Origin: an uncultured Actinomycetes bacterium
GTDB taxonomy: Bacteria; Actinomycetota; UBA4738; JBBDTT01
Assembly (NCBI GenBank): GCA_963742735.1
Contig: CAVUMN010000003.1
Location: 800,001 to 864,000, forward strand
Direction of reading: 5' to 3'
DNA length: 64,000 nt
Both the position numbers and the translations under genes were made by a program. This document shows, piece after piece, positions 42,444-52,946 of this stretch (positions within the stretch are counted from its first letter, which is position 1; each line of letters opens with the position of its first letter). The notes beneath the pieces are model-generated. The model ran no database searches, was not told where the DNA came from, and saw nothing but the letters and a program-made list of their open reading frames with translations.

Positions 42444-44932
42444 AGGCCGTCGTCATGGCGGGTGGACAGGGCAGCCGCCTGCGGCCCCTGACCAGCAACC
42501 AGCCGAAACCGATGCTCCCCATCGTCGGGCAGCCGATGATGCAGCACATCCTGCGCCTGCTCAGGCGGCACGGGTTCACCGAGGTCGTGGCGACCGTGCA
42601 GTTCCTGGCGAGCATCATCCGCAACTTCTTCGGCGACGGCTCGGACCTGGGGATCGACCTCTCCTACGCCACCGAGGAGGAGCCGCTCGGCACCGCCGGC
42701 AGCGTGAAGAACGCCGAGGCGTTCCTGGACGACACGTTCCTGGTGATCTCGGGTGACGCCCTCACCGACCTGGACCTCTCGGCGGTGCTCGCCTTCCACC
42801 GCGACCGGGAGGCCGCGGTTACCGTCGTCACCAAGCGCGTCGAGGATCCCCTGGAGTTCGGGATCGTCATCGCCGGCGAGGACGGCAAGGTCGAGCGGTT
42901 CCTGGAGAAGCCCGGCTGGGGCGAGGTGTTCAGCGACACCATCAACACCGGCATCTACGTGATCGAGCCCGAGGTCCTGGAGTTCATCCCTCAAGGGGAG
43001 GAGTTCGACTTCGCGGCCGACCTGTTCCCGCTCCTTCTCGACAAGGGGCTGCCGCTGTACGCCTACCGCACCGAGGACTACTGGACCGACGTCGGCAACC
43101 TGGACAGCTATCTGCAGGCCCACCGCGACGTCCTGGACGGCCGCATCGAGGTGGAGATCGAGGGCTTCGAGCTGTCCGAGGGCGTGTGGCTGGGCGAGGG
43201 CGCGGAGATCGACCCGGCCGCCCAGATCGTCGGCCCGGCCTACATCGGGGAGAACTCCCGCGTGGAGGGCGGCGCGACGGTCCGCGAATACACCACCCTG
43301 GGCAGCAATGTCGTCGTCAAGGGCGGCGCGTTCCTGCACCGGGCGATCGTTCACGACAACGCCTACATCGGTCCGGGTGCCTCGCTACGGGGCTGCGTGC
43401 TCGGCAAGAACACCGACGTGAAGTCCAACGCCCGACTCGAGGAGGGCGTGGTCGTCGCCGACGAGTGCTACGTGGGTGACGGCGCAGTCCTCAACCCGCA
43501 GGTGAAGGTCTACCCCTTCAAGACGGTGGAGCCCGGCGCGCTCGTCTCGCAGAGCATCATCTGGGAGTCGAGGGGCTCGCGGAGCCTGTTCGGCGAGCGG
43601 GGCGTCGCCGGGCTGATGAACATCGACGTCACCCCCGAGTCGGCACTGCGGCTGGCCCTGGCCTTCGCGAGCACCTTGCCCAAGACCTCGGTGGTCACGA
43701 CGTGCCGCGACGTGACCCGCACGGCCCGGATCGTGAAGCGCGCGATGATCGCCGGCCTGAACGCCGCCGGCGTCAACTGCCACGACCTGGAGCTGGTCCC
43801 GACGCCCGTGGCCCGTCACTACGCTCGCTCCACCCGCGCCGTCGCCGGGATCGTGGTGCGCACCGCGCCCGACGACGCCTCCGCCGTGGAGATCCAGTTC
43901 TTCGACGACCGGGGCGTGGACATCGACCAGTCCGCGCAGCGAAAGGTGGAGCGGACGTACTACCGCGACGACTTCCGCCGCGCGTATCACCACGAGATCG
44001 GCGAGCTGAACTTCCCGGCCCGGGGCCGCGAGTACTACACGCGCGGCCTGACCGACGCCGTGAACATCGAGGCGATCCGCGACCGGGCTCCCAAGCTGGT
44101 CGTCGACTACGCGTTCGGCGCCGCCAACCTGACCCTCCCCACGGTCCTCGGGCGGGCCGGGGCCGACGTCCTGGCCGTGAACGCGACCCTGGACGAGGAC
44201 CGCGTGATCATGGACGAGGCCGAGGTCGAGGCCCATCTCCGCGCGCTCTCGGGGCTGGTCCGGACCACCGGGGCCGACCTGGGCGTCCTGATCGACGGCA
44301 CCGCCGAGCGGATCCGGCTGGTGGACGACCGGGGGAGACCCCTGGACGGGATCGCCGAGCTGCTGGCGTTCGTGCACCTCATCACCCAGATCCACGACGC
44401 GCCCCGGATCGCGGTCCCGGTTACCGCCTCCCGGCGCGTCCAGGAGATGGTCGACGCGGTCGGCGGGACGGTCCACTGGACGAAGGTGGCCCCCGCCGCG
44501 CTGATGGCGGCCGCGGACGAGGGCGGGGTGGTGTTCGCGGGTGACGCCGCTGGCGGGCTGATCTTCCCGGACTTCCTGGCGGCGTTCGACGGCGTCCTCA
44601 GCGTGGTCCGGCTGCTCGAGTACCTGGCGGTGGCGAACGCCCGGCTGGCCGACGTGGTCGACGCGTTGCCGCCGGTGCACATCGTGGAGCTCGACGTCCC
44701 GATGCCCTGGGAGATCAAGGGGACGGTCATGCGCCGGCTCCTGGAGCGCGAGGAGGGCAACGGGCGCGACATCACGGATGGGGTAAAGATCTACCGCGAC
44801 CGGGACTGGGCGCTGGTGATCCCCGATCCACTCGAGCCGCTGGTGCGCGTGTTCGCGGAGTCGGACACGCTGGACGGCGCGGGAATGCTGGCGGGGGAGT
44901 TCGCCGCCCTGGTCGACGAGCTGCGGGACTGA
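42440..44932 (+). CDS. Mannose-1-phosphate guanylyltransferase fused to a phosphomannomutase-like domain
   Basis: [28 protein letters not shown], hexapeptide repeats, then SLFGERGV phosphohexomutase fold. Confidence 0.92.
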   Translation: MKAVVMAGGQGSRLRPLTSNQPKPMLPIVGQPMMQHILRLLRRHGFTEVVATVQFLASIIRNFFGDGSDLGIDLSYATEEEPLGTAGSVKNAEAFLDDTFLVISGDALTDLDLSAVLAFHRDREAAVTVVTKRVEDPLEFGIVIAGEDGKVERFLEKPGWGEVFSDTINTGIYVIEPEVLEFIPQGEEFDFAADLFPLLLDKGLPLYAYRTEDYWTDVGNLDSYLQAHRDVLDGRIEVEIEGFELSEGVWLGEGAEIDPAAQIVGPAYIGENSRVEGGATVREYTTLGSNVVVKGGAFLHRAIVHDNAYIGPGASLRGCVLGKNTDVKSNARLEEGVVVADECYVGDGAVLNPQVKVYPFKTVEPGALVSQSIIWESRGSRSLFGERGVAGLMNIDVTPESALRLALAFASTLPKTSVVTTCRDVTRTARIVKRAMIAGLNAAGVNCHDLELVPTPVARHYARSTRAVAGIVVRTAPDDASAVEIQFFDDRGVDIDQSAQRKVERTYYRDDFRRAYHHEIGELNFPARGREYYTRGLTDAVNIEAIRDRAPKLVVDYAFGAANLTLPTVLGRAGADVLAVNATLDEDRVIMDEAEVEAHLRALSGLVRTTGADLGVLIDGTAERIRLVDDRGRPLDGIAELLAFVHLITQIHDAPRIAVPVTASRRVQEMVDAVGGTVHWTKVAPAALMAAADEGGVVFAGDAAGGLIFPDFLAAFDGVLSVVRLLEYLAVANARLADVVDALPPVHIVELDVPMPWEIKGTVMRRLLEREEGNGRDITDGVKIYRDRDWALVIPDPLEPLVRVFAESDTLDGAGMLAGEFAALVDELRD

Positions 44933-46146
44933 TGGCCGGCTTCAACGTCGCCTCGCCCGACGAGATCCGCCGCGGCCGGGTGACCGACGTCTACTTCGAG
45001 CGGAGCCGGCGGGTCCTGGAGGCCGAGCAGTCCGACGCGCGCGTCGTCGCCGAGATCCGCACGGGCGCGCTGCCCCGCGGCTGGCCGTGGGGGGTCTTCG
45101 CCGGGCTGGACGAGGCCCTCGCGCTGCTGGAGGGCCACGACCTGGAGGTCCACTCGATCCGCGAGGGGAGCGTGTTCTACGCGGAGGAGCCGGTGGTCAC
45201 CATCGAGGGCCGGTACCTCGAGTTCGGGGTCCTCGAGACCGCGCTGCTCGGCGTGCTGTGTCAGGCGAGCGGCGTGGCCACGGCCGCCGCCCGCACCAAG
45301 CTCGCCGCGGCCGGCCGGCCCGTCTACTCCTTCGGGGCCCGGCGGATGCACCCGGCGATCGCGCCGATGATCGAGCGCGCGGCGTACCTCGGCGGGTTCG
45401 ACGGGGTGGCGGCGGTCAAGAGCGGCGAGGTCCTTGGGCTGGAACCGGTCGGGACCATGGCCCACGCCCTGATCCTGATCCTGGGGGAGGACCGGGCCTG
45501 GTCGGGGTTCGACCGAACGATCGAGCCGGCCGTGCCCCGGGTGGCGCTGGTGGACACGTACCAGGACGAGAAGTTCGGCGCGGTCGCCGCGGCCCGCCTG
45601 CTGGGCGACAAGCTGACGGCGGTGCGGCTGGACACGCCGGCCTCCCGCCGCGGGGACTTCCTCGCGATCTGCCGCGAGGTCCGCTGGGAGCTCGACTCGG
45701 CCGGCTTCTCCCACGTCCAGATCTTCCTGTCGGGGGGCATCGACGAGACGAGCATCCGGGAGCTCAATCGCTACGCCGACGCGTACGGCGTCGGCACGAG
45801 CGTGTCGAACGCGCCGGTCGTGGATTTCTCGCTCGACCTGGTGGAGGTCGACGGCAAGCCCCGCGCGAAGCGGGGGAAGCTCTCCGGGCGGAAACACCTG
45901 TGGGGCTGCGACAACTGCGGCAACCGGGGGATCGCGCCCGGCGACGCGCGGCTCGGCGACTGTCCTCGCTGCGGCCATCGAGTCCGAGACCTCTCGCAGC
46001 ACGCGCTGCGAGCCGGCCGCCCGGCCGGGGAGTACCCGAAGGCGGCCGACGTCCGGGCCCACGCCCTTGAGGAGATCGCGGCCGCGCCCGACCCGTTCGC
46101 GTCGCTGCCGAGGCCGCCGGGACGCACGAACCACGAGGAGGCCTGA
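44932..46146 (+). CDS. pncB: Nicotinate phosphoribosyltransferase with C-terminal Zn ribbon
   Basis: TDVYF, SFGARR, GTMAH, VRLDTP, SGG, YGVGT, KRGKLSG; CDNC...CPRC. Confidence 0.9.
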   Translation: MAGFNVASPDEIRRGRVTDVYFERSRRVLEAEQSDARVVAEIRTGALPRGWPWGVFAGLDEALALLEGHDLEVHSIREGSVFYAEEPVVTIEGRYLEFGVLETALLGVLCQASGVATAAARTKLAAAGRPVYSFGARRMHPAIAPMIERAAYLGGFDGVAAVKSGEVLGLEPVGTMAHALILILGEDRAWSGFDRTIEPAVPRVALVDTYQDEKFGAVAAARLLGDKLTAVRLDTPASRRGDFLAICREVRWELDSAGFSHVQIFLSGGIDETSIRELNRYADAYGVGTSVSNAPVVDFSLDLVEVDGKPRAKRGKLSGRKHLWGCDNCGNRGIAPGDARLGDCPRCGHRVRDLSQHALRAGRPAGEYPKAADVRAHALEEIAAAPDPFASLPRPPGRTNHEEA

Positions 46147-46547
46147 TGAACTACCCGGACAACGTCGGCTACACGCGCGAGCACGAGTGGGCCCGGCTCG
46201 AGGACGGCTCGCGGGTCCGCGTGGGGATCACCGACTTCGCCCAGGACGCGCTGGGGGATGTCGTCTACGTGGACCTCCCCGAGGTCGGCGCCGACGTGCT
46301 CGGCGGGGAGCCCTTCGGCGAGGTCGAGTCCACGAAGTCGGTGTCCGACGTCTACTCGCCGGTGACCGGCGTCGTCGCGGAGCGCAACGACGCGTTGGAG
46401 GACTCTCCGGAGCTCGTAAACGAGGACCCGTACGGCGACGGGTGGATGCTGATCATCGATGCGAGCGATCCGACCGAGATCGACGCCCTGCTGTCGGCCG
46501 ACGCGTATCGCGAGTTCGTGGAGAGCGAGACCCCGGCCGAGGACTGA
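46146..46547 (+). CDS. gcvH: Glycine cleavage system H protein
   Basis: HEW, GITDFAQDALGD, VESTKSVSD lipoyl-Lys, NEDPYGDGW. Confidence 0.97.
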   Translation: MNYPDNVGYTREHEWARLEDGSRVRVGITDFAQDALGDVVYVDLPEVGADVLGGEPFGEVESTKSVSDVYSPVTGVVAERNDALEDSPELVNEDPYGDGWMLIIDASDPTEIDALLSADAYREFVESETPAED

Positions 46548-46583
46548 GCCTCTCGAGCCTTCCGAGCACATTTCCCCAGGTGA

Positions 46584-46612
46584 TTGACCCTTTTCCACAC
46601 CGGCCCTATTGT
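46584..46612 (+). promoter_or_regulatory. Housekeeping-sigma promoter of the garA-ftsR operon
   Basis: TTGACC-N17-TATTGT. Confidence 0.7.
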
Positions 46613-46627
46613 TGACGTTCCCTCATG

Positions 46628-46651
46628 AACCCTCGAGGTTCCCTAGAGGGT
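46628..46651. promoter_or_regulatory. Putative FtsR-type operator
   Basis: AACCCT-N12-GAGGGT between the promoter and the start codon; the same 24-bp frame occurs at 62222-62245. Confidence 0.45.
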
Positions 46652-46671
46652 GACGTTGACCGGAGGCCGAG

Positions 46672-47130
46672 GTGTACTGCACCAACTGTGGACATCGCAA
46701 CCCCGCGGACTCCAAGTTCTGCGCGAAGTGCGGCCATCCATTACAGGAGGACAGCACGGCGACTTTCAGTCCTGTGGAGATCGAGGACGAGACCGGTGAA
46801 GAAGTCATCCTTCCCCTTGACGAGCTCGAAGCCGGGCAGGCGCTGCTCGTGGTGAAGCGCGGCCCCGGCGCGGGCTCGCGCTTCCTGATCGACAAGGACG
46901 TCGTCGTCTCCGGACGCCATCCCGAGAGCGACGTGTTCCTCGACGACATCACCGTGTCGCGCAAGCACCTCGAGCTGCGGCGCAAGGACGGCGCGTTCTC
47001 GGTGCACGACATGGGAAGCCTGAACGGCACCTACGTGAACGGCGAGCTGGTCGAGGAGACCGCCCTCGCCAACGGCGACGAGATCCAGGTCGGCAAGTTC
47101 AAGCTCGTGTTCTTCACGGCCCCGGAGTAG
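46672..47130 (+). CDS. Zn-ribbon + FHA domain protein (GarA/OdhI-like)
   Basis: CTNC...CAKC, DSTATF phospho-Thr-like motif, GRHPESDVFLDDITVSRKH, GSLNGTYVN. Confidence 0.9.
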   Translation: MYCTNCGHRNPADSKFCAKCGHPLQEDSTATFSPVEIEDETGEEVILPLDELEAGQALLVVKRGPGAGSRFLIDKDVVVSGRHPESDVFLDDITVSRKHLELRRKDGAFSVHDMGSLNGTYVNGELVEETALANGDEIQVGKFKLVFFTAPE

Positions 47131-47133
47131 ACG

Positions 47134-47907
47134 ATGGCGACCAGAAGCTACCTGTCGATCGGCGAGGTCCTCGTGGCCCTCAAGGCCGAGTTCCCCGACA
47201 TCACGATCAGCAAGATCCGCTTCCTGGAAGGGGAGGGGCTGATCGATCCCGAGCGCACGCCGTCGGGCTATCGCAAGTTCTACGACAAGGACGTCGACCG
47301 GCTGCGGCGCATCCTGCGGCTGCAGCGCGACGAGTACCTGCCGCTGAAGGTCATCAAGGACCGCCTGGACGCGCCGGCCCAGACCGAGGCGCCGGCGCGC
47401 ACGCCGATGGCGAGCGACGACCTCGAGCCGTCGGAGATCGGTGCGAGCGACACCTCGGCGGCACGGCCGGCGGCCAAAGCCGACGCGCCGCTGGAGGACG
47501 ACATCGTCCAGACCGCGCAGGGCCTGCAGATGTCGCTCGAGGAGCTGTCGTCGGCCACCGGCGTCGAGGCCGAGCGGATCCGTGAGCTCGAGTCGTTCGG
47601 CCTGCTGAAGGGTCAGGGCGAGAACGGCGCGCGCTATTACGACGGCGACGACCTGGTGGTGCTCTCGATCGTGAAGGACTTCTTCAAGTACGGCGTCGAG
47701 CCGCGCCACCTGACGATGTACCGGCACTTCGCCGAGCGAGAGGCGACCTTCTTCGAGACGATCGTCCTGCCGGTCCTTCGGCAGCGGAACCCCGACGCGC
47801 GGAAGGCGGCGACCGAGTCGCTGGGCGATCTCGCGCGGCTGTCCCGCAAGCTGAAGCAGGCGCTGCTCAGCTCGAACCTGCGGCACCACCTCCACTCCGC
47901 GCCGTAA
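47134..47907 (+). CDS. ftsR: MerR-family regulator FtsR (Rv1828-like)
   Basis: LSIGEVL...EFPDITISKIRFLE.EGLI.PERTPSGYRKF; YLPLKVIK; GVEPRHL. Confidence 0.85.
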   Translation: MATRSYLSIGEVLVALKAEFPDITISKIRFLEGEGLIDPERTPSGYRKFYDKDVDRLRRILRLQRDEYLPLKVIKDRLDAPAQTEAPARTPMASDDLEPSEIGASDTSAARPAAKADAPLEDDIVQTAQGLQMSLEELSSATGVEAERIRELESFGLLKGQGENGARYYDGDDLVVLSIVKDFFKYGVEPRHLTMYRHFAEREATFFETIVLPVLRQRNPDARKAATESLGDLARLSRKLKQALLSSNLRHHLHSAP

Positions 47908-47915
47908 CGGCGCCC

Positions 47916-49172
47916 GTGTCCGCCATGTTCGGAAAGCGGCCCGCCCGCGCGCTCGTCCTCGTTCTCGCCGTGGCCGTCCTCGCCGTGCCGGCCGTCGCCG
48001 TGCGGGGGGCTCTCGGCCAGGCCACGTTTCCGCCGCCGACCCCGGTCCCGCCGAGTGGGATCCCCTCGCCGTACCCGACGGCCCTCGAGACGCCGGCCCC
48101 GGGGTTCGATCCGCCGCGGCTGCGCTCCGAGGCGGCGGTGCTGATGGACCTCGACGGGGGAGGGGTGCTGTTCTCGGCCGATCCCCGGGAGCGCCGGCCC
48201 ATCGCCAGCCTGACCAAGATCATGACCGCGCTCCTGGTCCTGGAGCGGATCGGGGCCGACGAGCCGGTGGTGGCCGGCCCGAACGCCACGAGCCAGCCCG
48301 GCGCCGAGCTCGGCCTGCAGGTCGGGGAGGTCCAGCCGGCGAGCGAGCTGCTGTACGCCCTGATGCTCGCCTCGGCCAACGACGCCGGCGTCGCCCTGGC
48401 CGAGCACGTCGGCGGGACGGTCGATCGGTTCGTCTCAGAGATGAACGCCCGCGCCTCGGAGCTGGGGATGGAGGACACGTTCTTCTTCTCGCCGACGGGG
48501 CTCGACGACCGCGGGTACTCCACCGCCGTTGACGTCGCCAGGCTGACCGCGACGGCCCTCGAGTTCCCGGAGCTCCGGACGATCGTCGAGACGAAGTTCC
48601 ACAACGTGGCGGCGCCGTCGGGTCCCCGCCGCCGCCTGCAGAATCGCAACGCGCTGCTGTGGCTGTATCCGGGGACCCTCGGCGTCAAGACCGGGCTCAC
48701 CACCGCGGCCGGCTACTGCCTGGCGGCGGTGGCCGAGCGGGAGGACGAGCGCTATCTGATCGTCCTGCTGGGGGAGCCCGACTTCACCTGGAACGACGGG
48801 GCGGCACTGCTGGACCACGCATTCGCCGCGTACGACCGCCGGGAGGTGCTCGGCGAGGGCGAGGAGCTGCCGCCCGTGCGCGTGGGCGACCTGGAGGTCC
48901 CCGCGGTCGCCGCAGGCGCCGTGGAGGCCTACGTACACGAGGAGCACCCGGGAGTGCGGATCGAGGTCGTTCCCCGGCCCGGTCTGCGCTTCCCCGTCCG
49001 GGAGGGCGCCCCCCTCGGCGAGGCCGTGGTCCGGGTGGCCGGCAGGGAGGTGGGGCGGGCGCCGGTGGTGGTCGGCGACCTTCCCGACCCGGTCGGCGCG
49101 GGGCGGCCGTACTGGCTGCGCATGGTCCTGGTGCTGACCGCCCTGCTCGGCCGTCTGGTCCAGGAGGACTGA
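47916..49172 (+). CDS. D-alanyl-D-alanine carboxypeptidase (S11)
   Basis: SLTK (SxxK), SAN (SxN), KTG; signal peptide. Confidence 0.92.
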   Translation: MSAMFGKRPARALVLVLAVAVLAVPAVAVRGALGQATFPPPTPVPPSGIPSPYPTALETPAPGFDPPRLRSEAAVLMDLDGGGVLFSADPRERRPIASLTKIMTALLVLERIGADEPVVAGPNATSQPGAELGLQVGEVQPASELLYALMLASANDAGVALAEHVGGTVDRFVSEMNARASELGMEDTFFFSPTGLDDRGYSTAVDVARLTATALEFPELRTIVETKFHNVAAPSGPRRRLQNRNALLWLYPGTLGVKTGLTTAAGYCLAAVAEREDERYLIVLLGEPDFTWNDGAALLDHAFAAYDRREVLGEGEELPPVRVGDLEVPAVAAGAVEAYVHEEHPGVRIEVVPRPGLRFPVREGAPLGEAVVRVAGREVGRAPVVVGDLPDPVGAGRPYWLRMVLVLTALLGRLVQED

Positions 49173-49191
49173 GCCCCTAGACTCCAGGTCC

Positions 49192-49833
49192 GTGGACGAG
49201 ACGGTGCGGGTCCTGTGGGACGAGCCGACGATCCGCGACCGGGTCCGCGAGCTCGGCCGGGCCATCACCGACGACTACGCCGGCCGCTCGCCGGTCCTGA
49301 TCTCGGTACTGAAGGGCGGCGCCATCTTCCTGGGCGATCTCCTGCGCGAGGTCCGCCTGCCCGCCCGCATCGACTTCATGTCGATCAGCAAGTACGCGGG
49401 CAAGGACGAAGAGGAGGGCGAGGGCTCCGGCGTCGTGCGGATCGTCAAAGACCTCGACGAGGACATCAGCGGGCAGGACGTCATCGTCGTCGAGGACATC
49501 ATCGACACCGGGCTGACCCTGTCCTACCTGCTGTCCACGCTCGAGGCGAAGGGGCCGGCGTCGCTGGAGGTGTGCACCCTCCTGGACCGCTCCGTCCGGC
49601 GCATCGTGCCCCTCAACATCCGGTACCGGGGCTTCGACTGCCCCGATCAGTTCGTGGTGGGCTACGGCCTGGACGTCGACGAGCGGTACCGGAACCTGCC
49701 GATGATCGTCGCCCTCAGCCACCCGGACGCGGCGCGCGACGACCCCGATCTGCTGCTGCCGTACCTCACCGGTGAGGCGCCCTCGGCGCCGGTCGACGGG
49801 CCGGAGGCCGATGATAGATTGGCGCCGGGATGA
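49192..49833 (+). CDS. hpt: Hypoxanthine phosphoribosyltransferase
   Basis: VLKGG, VEDIIDTGLTL, FVVGYGLD..ERYRNLP. Confidence 0.95.
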   Translation: MDETVRVLWDEPTIRDRVRELGRAITDDYAGRSPVLISVLKGGAIFLGDLLREVRLPARIDFMSISKYAGKDEEEGEGSGVVRIVKDLDEDISGQDVIVVEDIIDTGLTLSYLLSTLEAKGPASLEVCTLLDRSVRRIVPLNIRYRGFDCPDQFVVGYGLDVDERYRNLPMIVALSHPDAARDDPDLLLPYLTGEAPSAPVDGPEADDRLAPG

Positions 49834-50300
49834 TCGAGCTGAACCTGATCGGCGTCCGTGTGGAGCTCCCGACCAATCAGCCGATCGTGCTCCTCAAGGA
49901 GAAGGAAGGGGAGCGGTTCCTGCCGATCTGGATCGGTGCGATGGAGGCGACGGCCATCGCCTTCGCCCTGCAGGGGATCGTCACCGCCCGGCCGATGACC
50001 CACGACCTGCTGAAGAACCTGCTCGAGGAGATCGCGGTGAACGTCGAGGCCATCGAGATCACCGAGCTGAAGGAGGGCACCTTCTACGCGGTGATCAAGC
50101 TCGCGGTGAACGGGACCCGCTACGAGGTGTCCTCCCGGCCGTCCGACGCGATCGCCCTGGCCGTGCGCGCCAACGTCCCGATCTTCGCCCATGAGGACGT
50201 CCTCACCGAGGCGTCCATCGTCATCCGCGACGACGAGGAGCAGGAGGTCGAGAAGTTCCGCGAGTTCCTGGACAACGTCACCCCCGAGGACTTCGCGTAG
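49830..50300 (+). CDS. Bifunctional nuclease (DUF151) family protein
   Basis: PIVLLKE, LPIWIG, RPMTHDL, RPSDAIALA, EVEKFREFLD. Confidence 0.95.
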   Translation: MIELNLIGVRVELPTNQPIVLLKEKEGERFLPIWIGAMEATAIAFALQGIVTARPMTHDLLKNLLEEIAVNVEAIEITELKEGTFYAVIKLAVNGTRYEVSSRPSDAIALAVRANVPIFAHEDVLTEASIVIRDDEEQEVEKFREFLDNVTPEDFA

Positions 50301-50312
50301 GTCCGGGCGAGG

Positions 50313-50593
50313 TCAGAGCAGCTTCGCGGCGGCGATCACGGCGCCGGTCAACGCGAACTGGAAGCCGATGAACCCGCGGAGCTGATGGCGGAGGGCTTTC
50401 TCCAGCTTGGCCTCGAACCTGGACTCCAATCGAGTTTCGAGCTGCTCGAGGTCTCGCTTGAGGTCATGCTTCGTGGCCAAGTCGGCCCAGCCGACGGCAG
50501 GCAGCAGTCCCATCAGCGTGTCCGCCTCGTCGCGCCCGAGCATTCCTCGAGCTTCTGGAACAGCTGGTGACGTGCGCGCTCATCGATCGCCAT
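50313..50593 (-). CDS. Small coiled-coil/TM protein (DUF1640-like) with one missing base near 50545
   Basis: GGGAGG RBS and ATG 50593 (MAIDERARHQLFQKLE) join LGRDEADTLMGLLPAVGWADLATKHDL only via a frameshift. Confidence 0.65.
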
Positions 50594-50700
50594 CGTAGAC
50601 CTCCCGACTCGGGAGGGGGAGATAGAGCCGCGATCGTAGCCCGGGGCTCTGACACCGCCTCCGAGGCCCGCTCAAAGCCCGCATTGGGGCGTTGGCATGG

Positions 50701-50729
50701 TTGACTCTCGGGGGTGGCCGAAGTAGATT
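50701..50729 (+). promoter_or_regulatory. Housekeeping-sigma promoter of the MerR gene
   Basis: TTGACT-N17-TAGATT. Confidence 0.7.
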
Positions 50730-50766
50730 TGCGCCACTCACATCCCGGTAATTACGGAGCTGTCAC

Positions 50767-51195
50767 ATGGCCGATGAGCAGGGGTTTCGCGTCCCCGAAG
50801 TGACTCGTCTGACGGGGATCACGTACCGACAACTGGACTACTGGACCCGCACCGGATTGGTCTCCGCGAGCGTGCGCGAGGCGGAAGGATCGGGGACCCA
50901 GCGGCTGTACTCGTTCACCGATGTCCTGGAGCTGAAGGCCATCAAGCGGATGGAGGACATGGGCCTGTCCCTCCAGAAGATCCGCCGTGCCGTGAAGAAC
51001 CTCGGCGAGATCCTCAACAAGAGCCCGCACAGCGCGAGCCTCGTCTCCGACGGCACCACGATGTACGCGGTCGAGTCGCAGGGGGAGATCGTGGACCTGC
51101 TGAGCAAGGGCCAGGGCGCGTTCTTCATCCCGCTCCCGCAGCTCCGAACGGAGCTCGAGGAGGCGGTCGCGTCCTCGTCGGTGGGAGGCGCTTGA
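50767..51195 (+). CDS. MerR-family regulator (McdR/Rv1830-like)
   Basis: GITYRQLDYWTRTGLV..S...A.GSGTQRLYSF.D; LVSDG; LLSKGQGAF. Confidence 0.88.
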   Translation: MADEQGFRVPEVTRLTGITYRQLDYWTRTGLVSASVREAEGSGTQRLYSFTDVLELKAIKRMEDMGLSLQKIRRAVKNLGEILNKSPHSASLVSDGTTMYAVESQGEIVDLLSKGQGAFFIPLPQLRTELEEAVASSSVGGA

Positions 51196-51566
51196 CCGGC
51201 AAGCTTCGCTCGGTCCCCACCGAGCCGCTGAAAAGCGACTCGACACCGTTTGCCCACGCCAGCGAGCGCCAGTTCGCGAAGCTCCTCGACTTCTACCAGA
51301 TCGAATGGGACTACGAGCCCAAGTCCTTCGACCTGGCCTGGGACTCCGACGGCCATGTCATCCAGCGCTTCACGCCGGACTTCTACCTTCCGATGTACGA
51401 CCTGTTCATCGAGATCACCACGCTGAACCAGAAGCTGGTGACCAAGAAGAACCGCAAGGTCCGCCGGCTGCGCGAGCTCTACCCCGACGTGAAGTGCAAA
51501 ATCTTCTACCAGCGCGACTACCTGTCCCTGGTGACGAAGTACGGCCTCGAGGACCACGCGGGCTAA
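51192..51566 (+). CDS. Conserved small PD-(D/E)xK nuclease-like protein
   Basis: SERQFAKLLDFY.I.W.YEP, FTPDFYLP, IEITT, KKNRK.RRLRELYP; TTGA overlap with the MerR gene. Confidence 0.7.
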   Translation: MTGKLRSVPTEPLKSDSTPFAHASERQFAKLLDFYQIEWDYEPKSFDLAWDSDGHVIQRFTPDFYLPMYDLFIEITTLNQKLVTKKNRKVRRLRELYPDVKCKIFYQRDYLSLVTKYGLEDHAG

Positions 51567-51628
51567 TCCGAGCCGTCCACTAGAATCGCGCTCGGTCTTC
51601 CCTCCGGCCCCTCGAAAGGACTCGCGCG

Positions 51629-52946
51629 TTGCAGTTCGCGCCGCACACCGACGAAGACGTCCGCGAGATGCTCGAGGCGATCGGGCTGAACTCGCTCGAG
51701 GACCTGTACGCCCACATCCCTCCCGAGGTCCGCCTGGACCGGACCCTGCACCTGCCCAAGGGGCTGTCCGAGCCCGAGCTGGTGGGGGAGCTCCAGAGGC
51801 TGGCCGCGCGCAACCGCCACACCGACGACCTGGTGTGCTTCGCCGGCGCCGGCGCCTACGACCACTACGTGCCGAGCGTGGTGTGGGCCATGGCCGGACA
51901 ATCCGAGCTGTACACCTCCTACACGCCCTACCAGCCGGAGCTCTCCCAGGGCGTCCTCCAGGCCCTGTTCGAGTACCAGTCGATGATCTGCGACCTGACC
52001 GGGCTCGAGGTGTCGAACGCCTCGCTGTACGACGGGGCGACGGCGATCGTCGAGGCGGTGAACCTGTCGCGCGCCGCGACGGGGCGTGACCGCGTCCTGG
52101 TCGCCGACACGGTCGACCCTCGCTACATGGAGGTCCTGACGACCTACGGCAGGGGAGCGGGGTACGCGCCGGAGACGTTCGGGTCGACCGGCGGGCGGGC
52201 GAACGTACCCGAAGTCGGCGACGACGTCGCGTGCGTGATCGTCCAGCACCCGAACCGGCTAGGGATCCTGGAGCCGGCGCGGGAGCTGTTCGACGCCGCT
52301 CGCGCGGGCGGGGCGAGGGCCGTGCAGGTCTTCGACCCGCTGTCGCTGGGCGTCCTGGCGCCGCCGGGGGAGCTCGGGGCCGACGTCGCGGTCGCCGAGG
52401 GCCAGGTCCTGGGCAACCACCTGAGCTTCGGCGGTCCGTACCTGGGGATCATCGCCGCGCGGATGCAGGACATCCGGCGGATGCCGGGGCGCATCGCGGG
52501 GGAGACCCTCGACGTCGACGGCAACGTCGGCTACGTCCTGACCCTCCAGGCCCGCGAGCAGCACATCCGCCGGGCCAAGGCCACCTCGAACATCTGCACG
52601 AACCAGACCCTGATGGCCGTCGCGGCGACCGTGTACCTGGCGTGGCTCGGGCCGGAGGGCCTGCGCGAGCTCGGCGGGCTGTGCACCTCGAACGCGGCCT
52701 ACGCGGCCGAGACGCTGTCGGCGATCGACGGCGTGGAGCTCGTCCACCCGGACGCGCCGTTCTTCAAGGAGTTCGCCGTGTCGCTGCCCCGCGATCCCGC
52801 CGAGGTCATCGAGGCCCTGGTGGACGCGGGGCATCCTGGCCGGCGTCCCGATCCCCGAGGGACTGCTCGTCGCGGTGACCGAGCGGCGCTCGAAGAAGGA
52901 GATCGACGCGCTGGCCACGGCGCTGGGGGAGGTGCTCGCCTCGTGA
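51629..52946 (+). CDS. gcvPA: Glycine dehydrogenase subunit 1 (one extra G near 52830)
   Basis: FAGAGAYDHY, YTPYQPELSQG, NASLYDG, REQHIRRAKATSNICTNQ; C-terminus LLVAVTERRSKKEID lies in the +1 frame. Confidence 0.92.

Noticed and set aside
43560-44932. Degenerate phosphomannomutase active site (no SHNP)
   Set aside because: Common in this bifunctional family; not novel.
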